From: Thermoanaerobaculia bacterium
Lineage (GTDB): Bacteria; Acidobacteriota; Thermoanaerobaculia; UBA5066; Gp7-AA6
Length of the DNA: 64,000 nucleotides
Assembly: GCA_046716885.1 (NCBI GenBank)
Contig: JBKJWL010000170.1
Span: 2,245-66,244 of the forward strand
Direction: 5' to 3'
Made by a program: the position numbers and the translations under genes. The notes below the pieces were generated by a model. It ran no database searches, had not been told where the DNA came from, and saw nothing but the letters and a program-made list of their open reading frames with translations. This document shows positions 63,803 to 64,000 of the stretch, piece by piece (position 1 is the first letter of the stretch; every line of letters begins with the position of its first letter).

Positions 63803-64000
63803 TTAGAACAGGGTGCCGTCGAGCGAGACGACGGTTTTCTCTCCCACCACTTCGGCCGCGTGACGCGTGCCAGCCGGGATGTACAGCCGGTCTCCGGGTC
63901 TCAAGTCGAAGACCGCGTCCCCGAGCGTGACGCGCAGGACTCCCTCCAGGACGCCGTCGCACTTGATCTGTCCGTGCTCGTGCTCGGGGAACACGGTCCC
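63803..64000 (-). CDS. Cupin-domain protein (5' end beyond the right edge)
   Basis: FPEHEHGQ...VLEG...GD.LYIPAGTRH is the two-motif cupin pattern. The N-terminus probably lies outside the window. Confidence 0.5.
   Translation of the reverse strand, partial: GTVFPEHEHGQIKCDGVLEGVLRVTLGDAVFDLRPGDRLYIPAGTRHAAEVVGEKTVVSLDGTLF

Overview
This is a very GC-rich bacterial chromosomal segment: spot counts of single 60-nt lines give about 70% G+C. I call about 62 protein-coding genes and recognise no rRNA, tRNA, CRISPR array, transposase or integrase. The GC content fills the six-frame track with long Arg/Pro/Gly-rich shadow ORFs. I accepted only frames with recognisable family motifs or clear membrane-protein character. 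I reset many starts using 4-nt start/stop overlaps (ATGA/GTGA/TTGA). All family calls are motif recognition by eye; no searches were run.

Layout:
(i) 1-25.0 kb is an envelope-glycosylation super-cluster. It holds nine GT-C-type polytopic membrane glycosyltransferase-like genes: 3 YfhO-like, 3 ArnT/PMT-like, 1 STT3/AglB-like with a degenerate WWDYG motif, and 2 short GT87/PIG-V-like. It also holds two paralogous soluble GT2 genes (one fused to a SAM methyltransferase) and a wzm-wzt-arnB-arnC-arnA(N)-arnA(C)-arnD operon with no canonical arnT or arnEF.
(ii) 25.1-29.4 kb is a YbbA/YbbP-like ABC transporter plus an AttH/CrtC-like secreted lipocalin.
(iii) 29.4-48.6 kb is housekeeping and metabolism: amino-acid permease, HAD, CADD/PqqC-like, SDR, ispH, TetR, moaDE, mgtE, a crotonase/ALDH/SDR block, a Kgd/OdhA-type 2-oxoglutarate dehydrogenase, an M28 peptidase, TerB and DinB.
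(iv) 48.6-53.5 kb is a visibly lower-GC glycosyltransferase islet with gene remnants.
(v) 53.8-64 kb holds dedA, queF, a 5-gene mixed operon, a two-component system lacking a sensor domain, sodC, a PLP decarboxylase, DinB and a cupin.

The best candidate for an undescribed system is (i).
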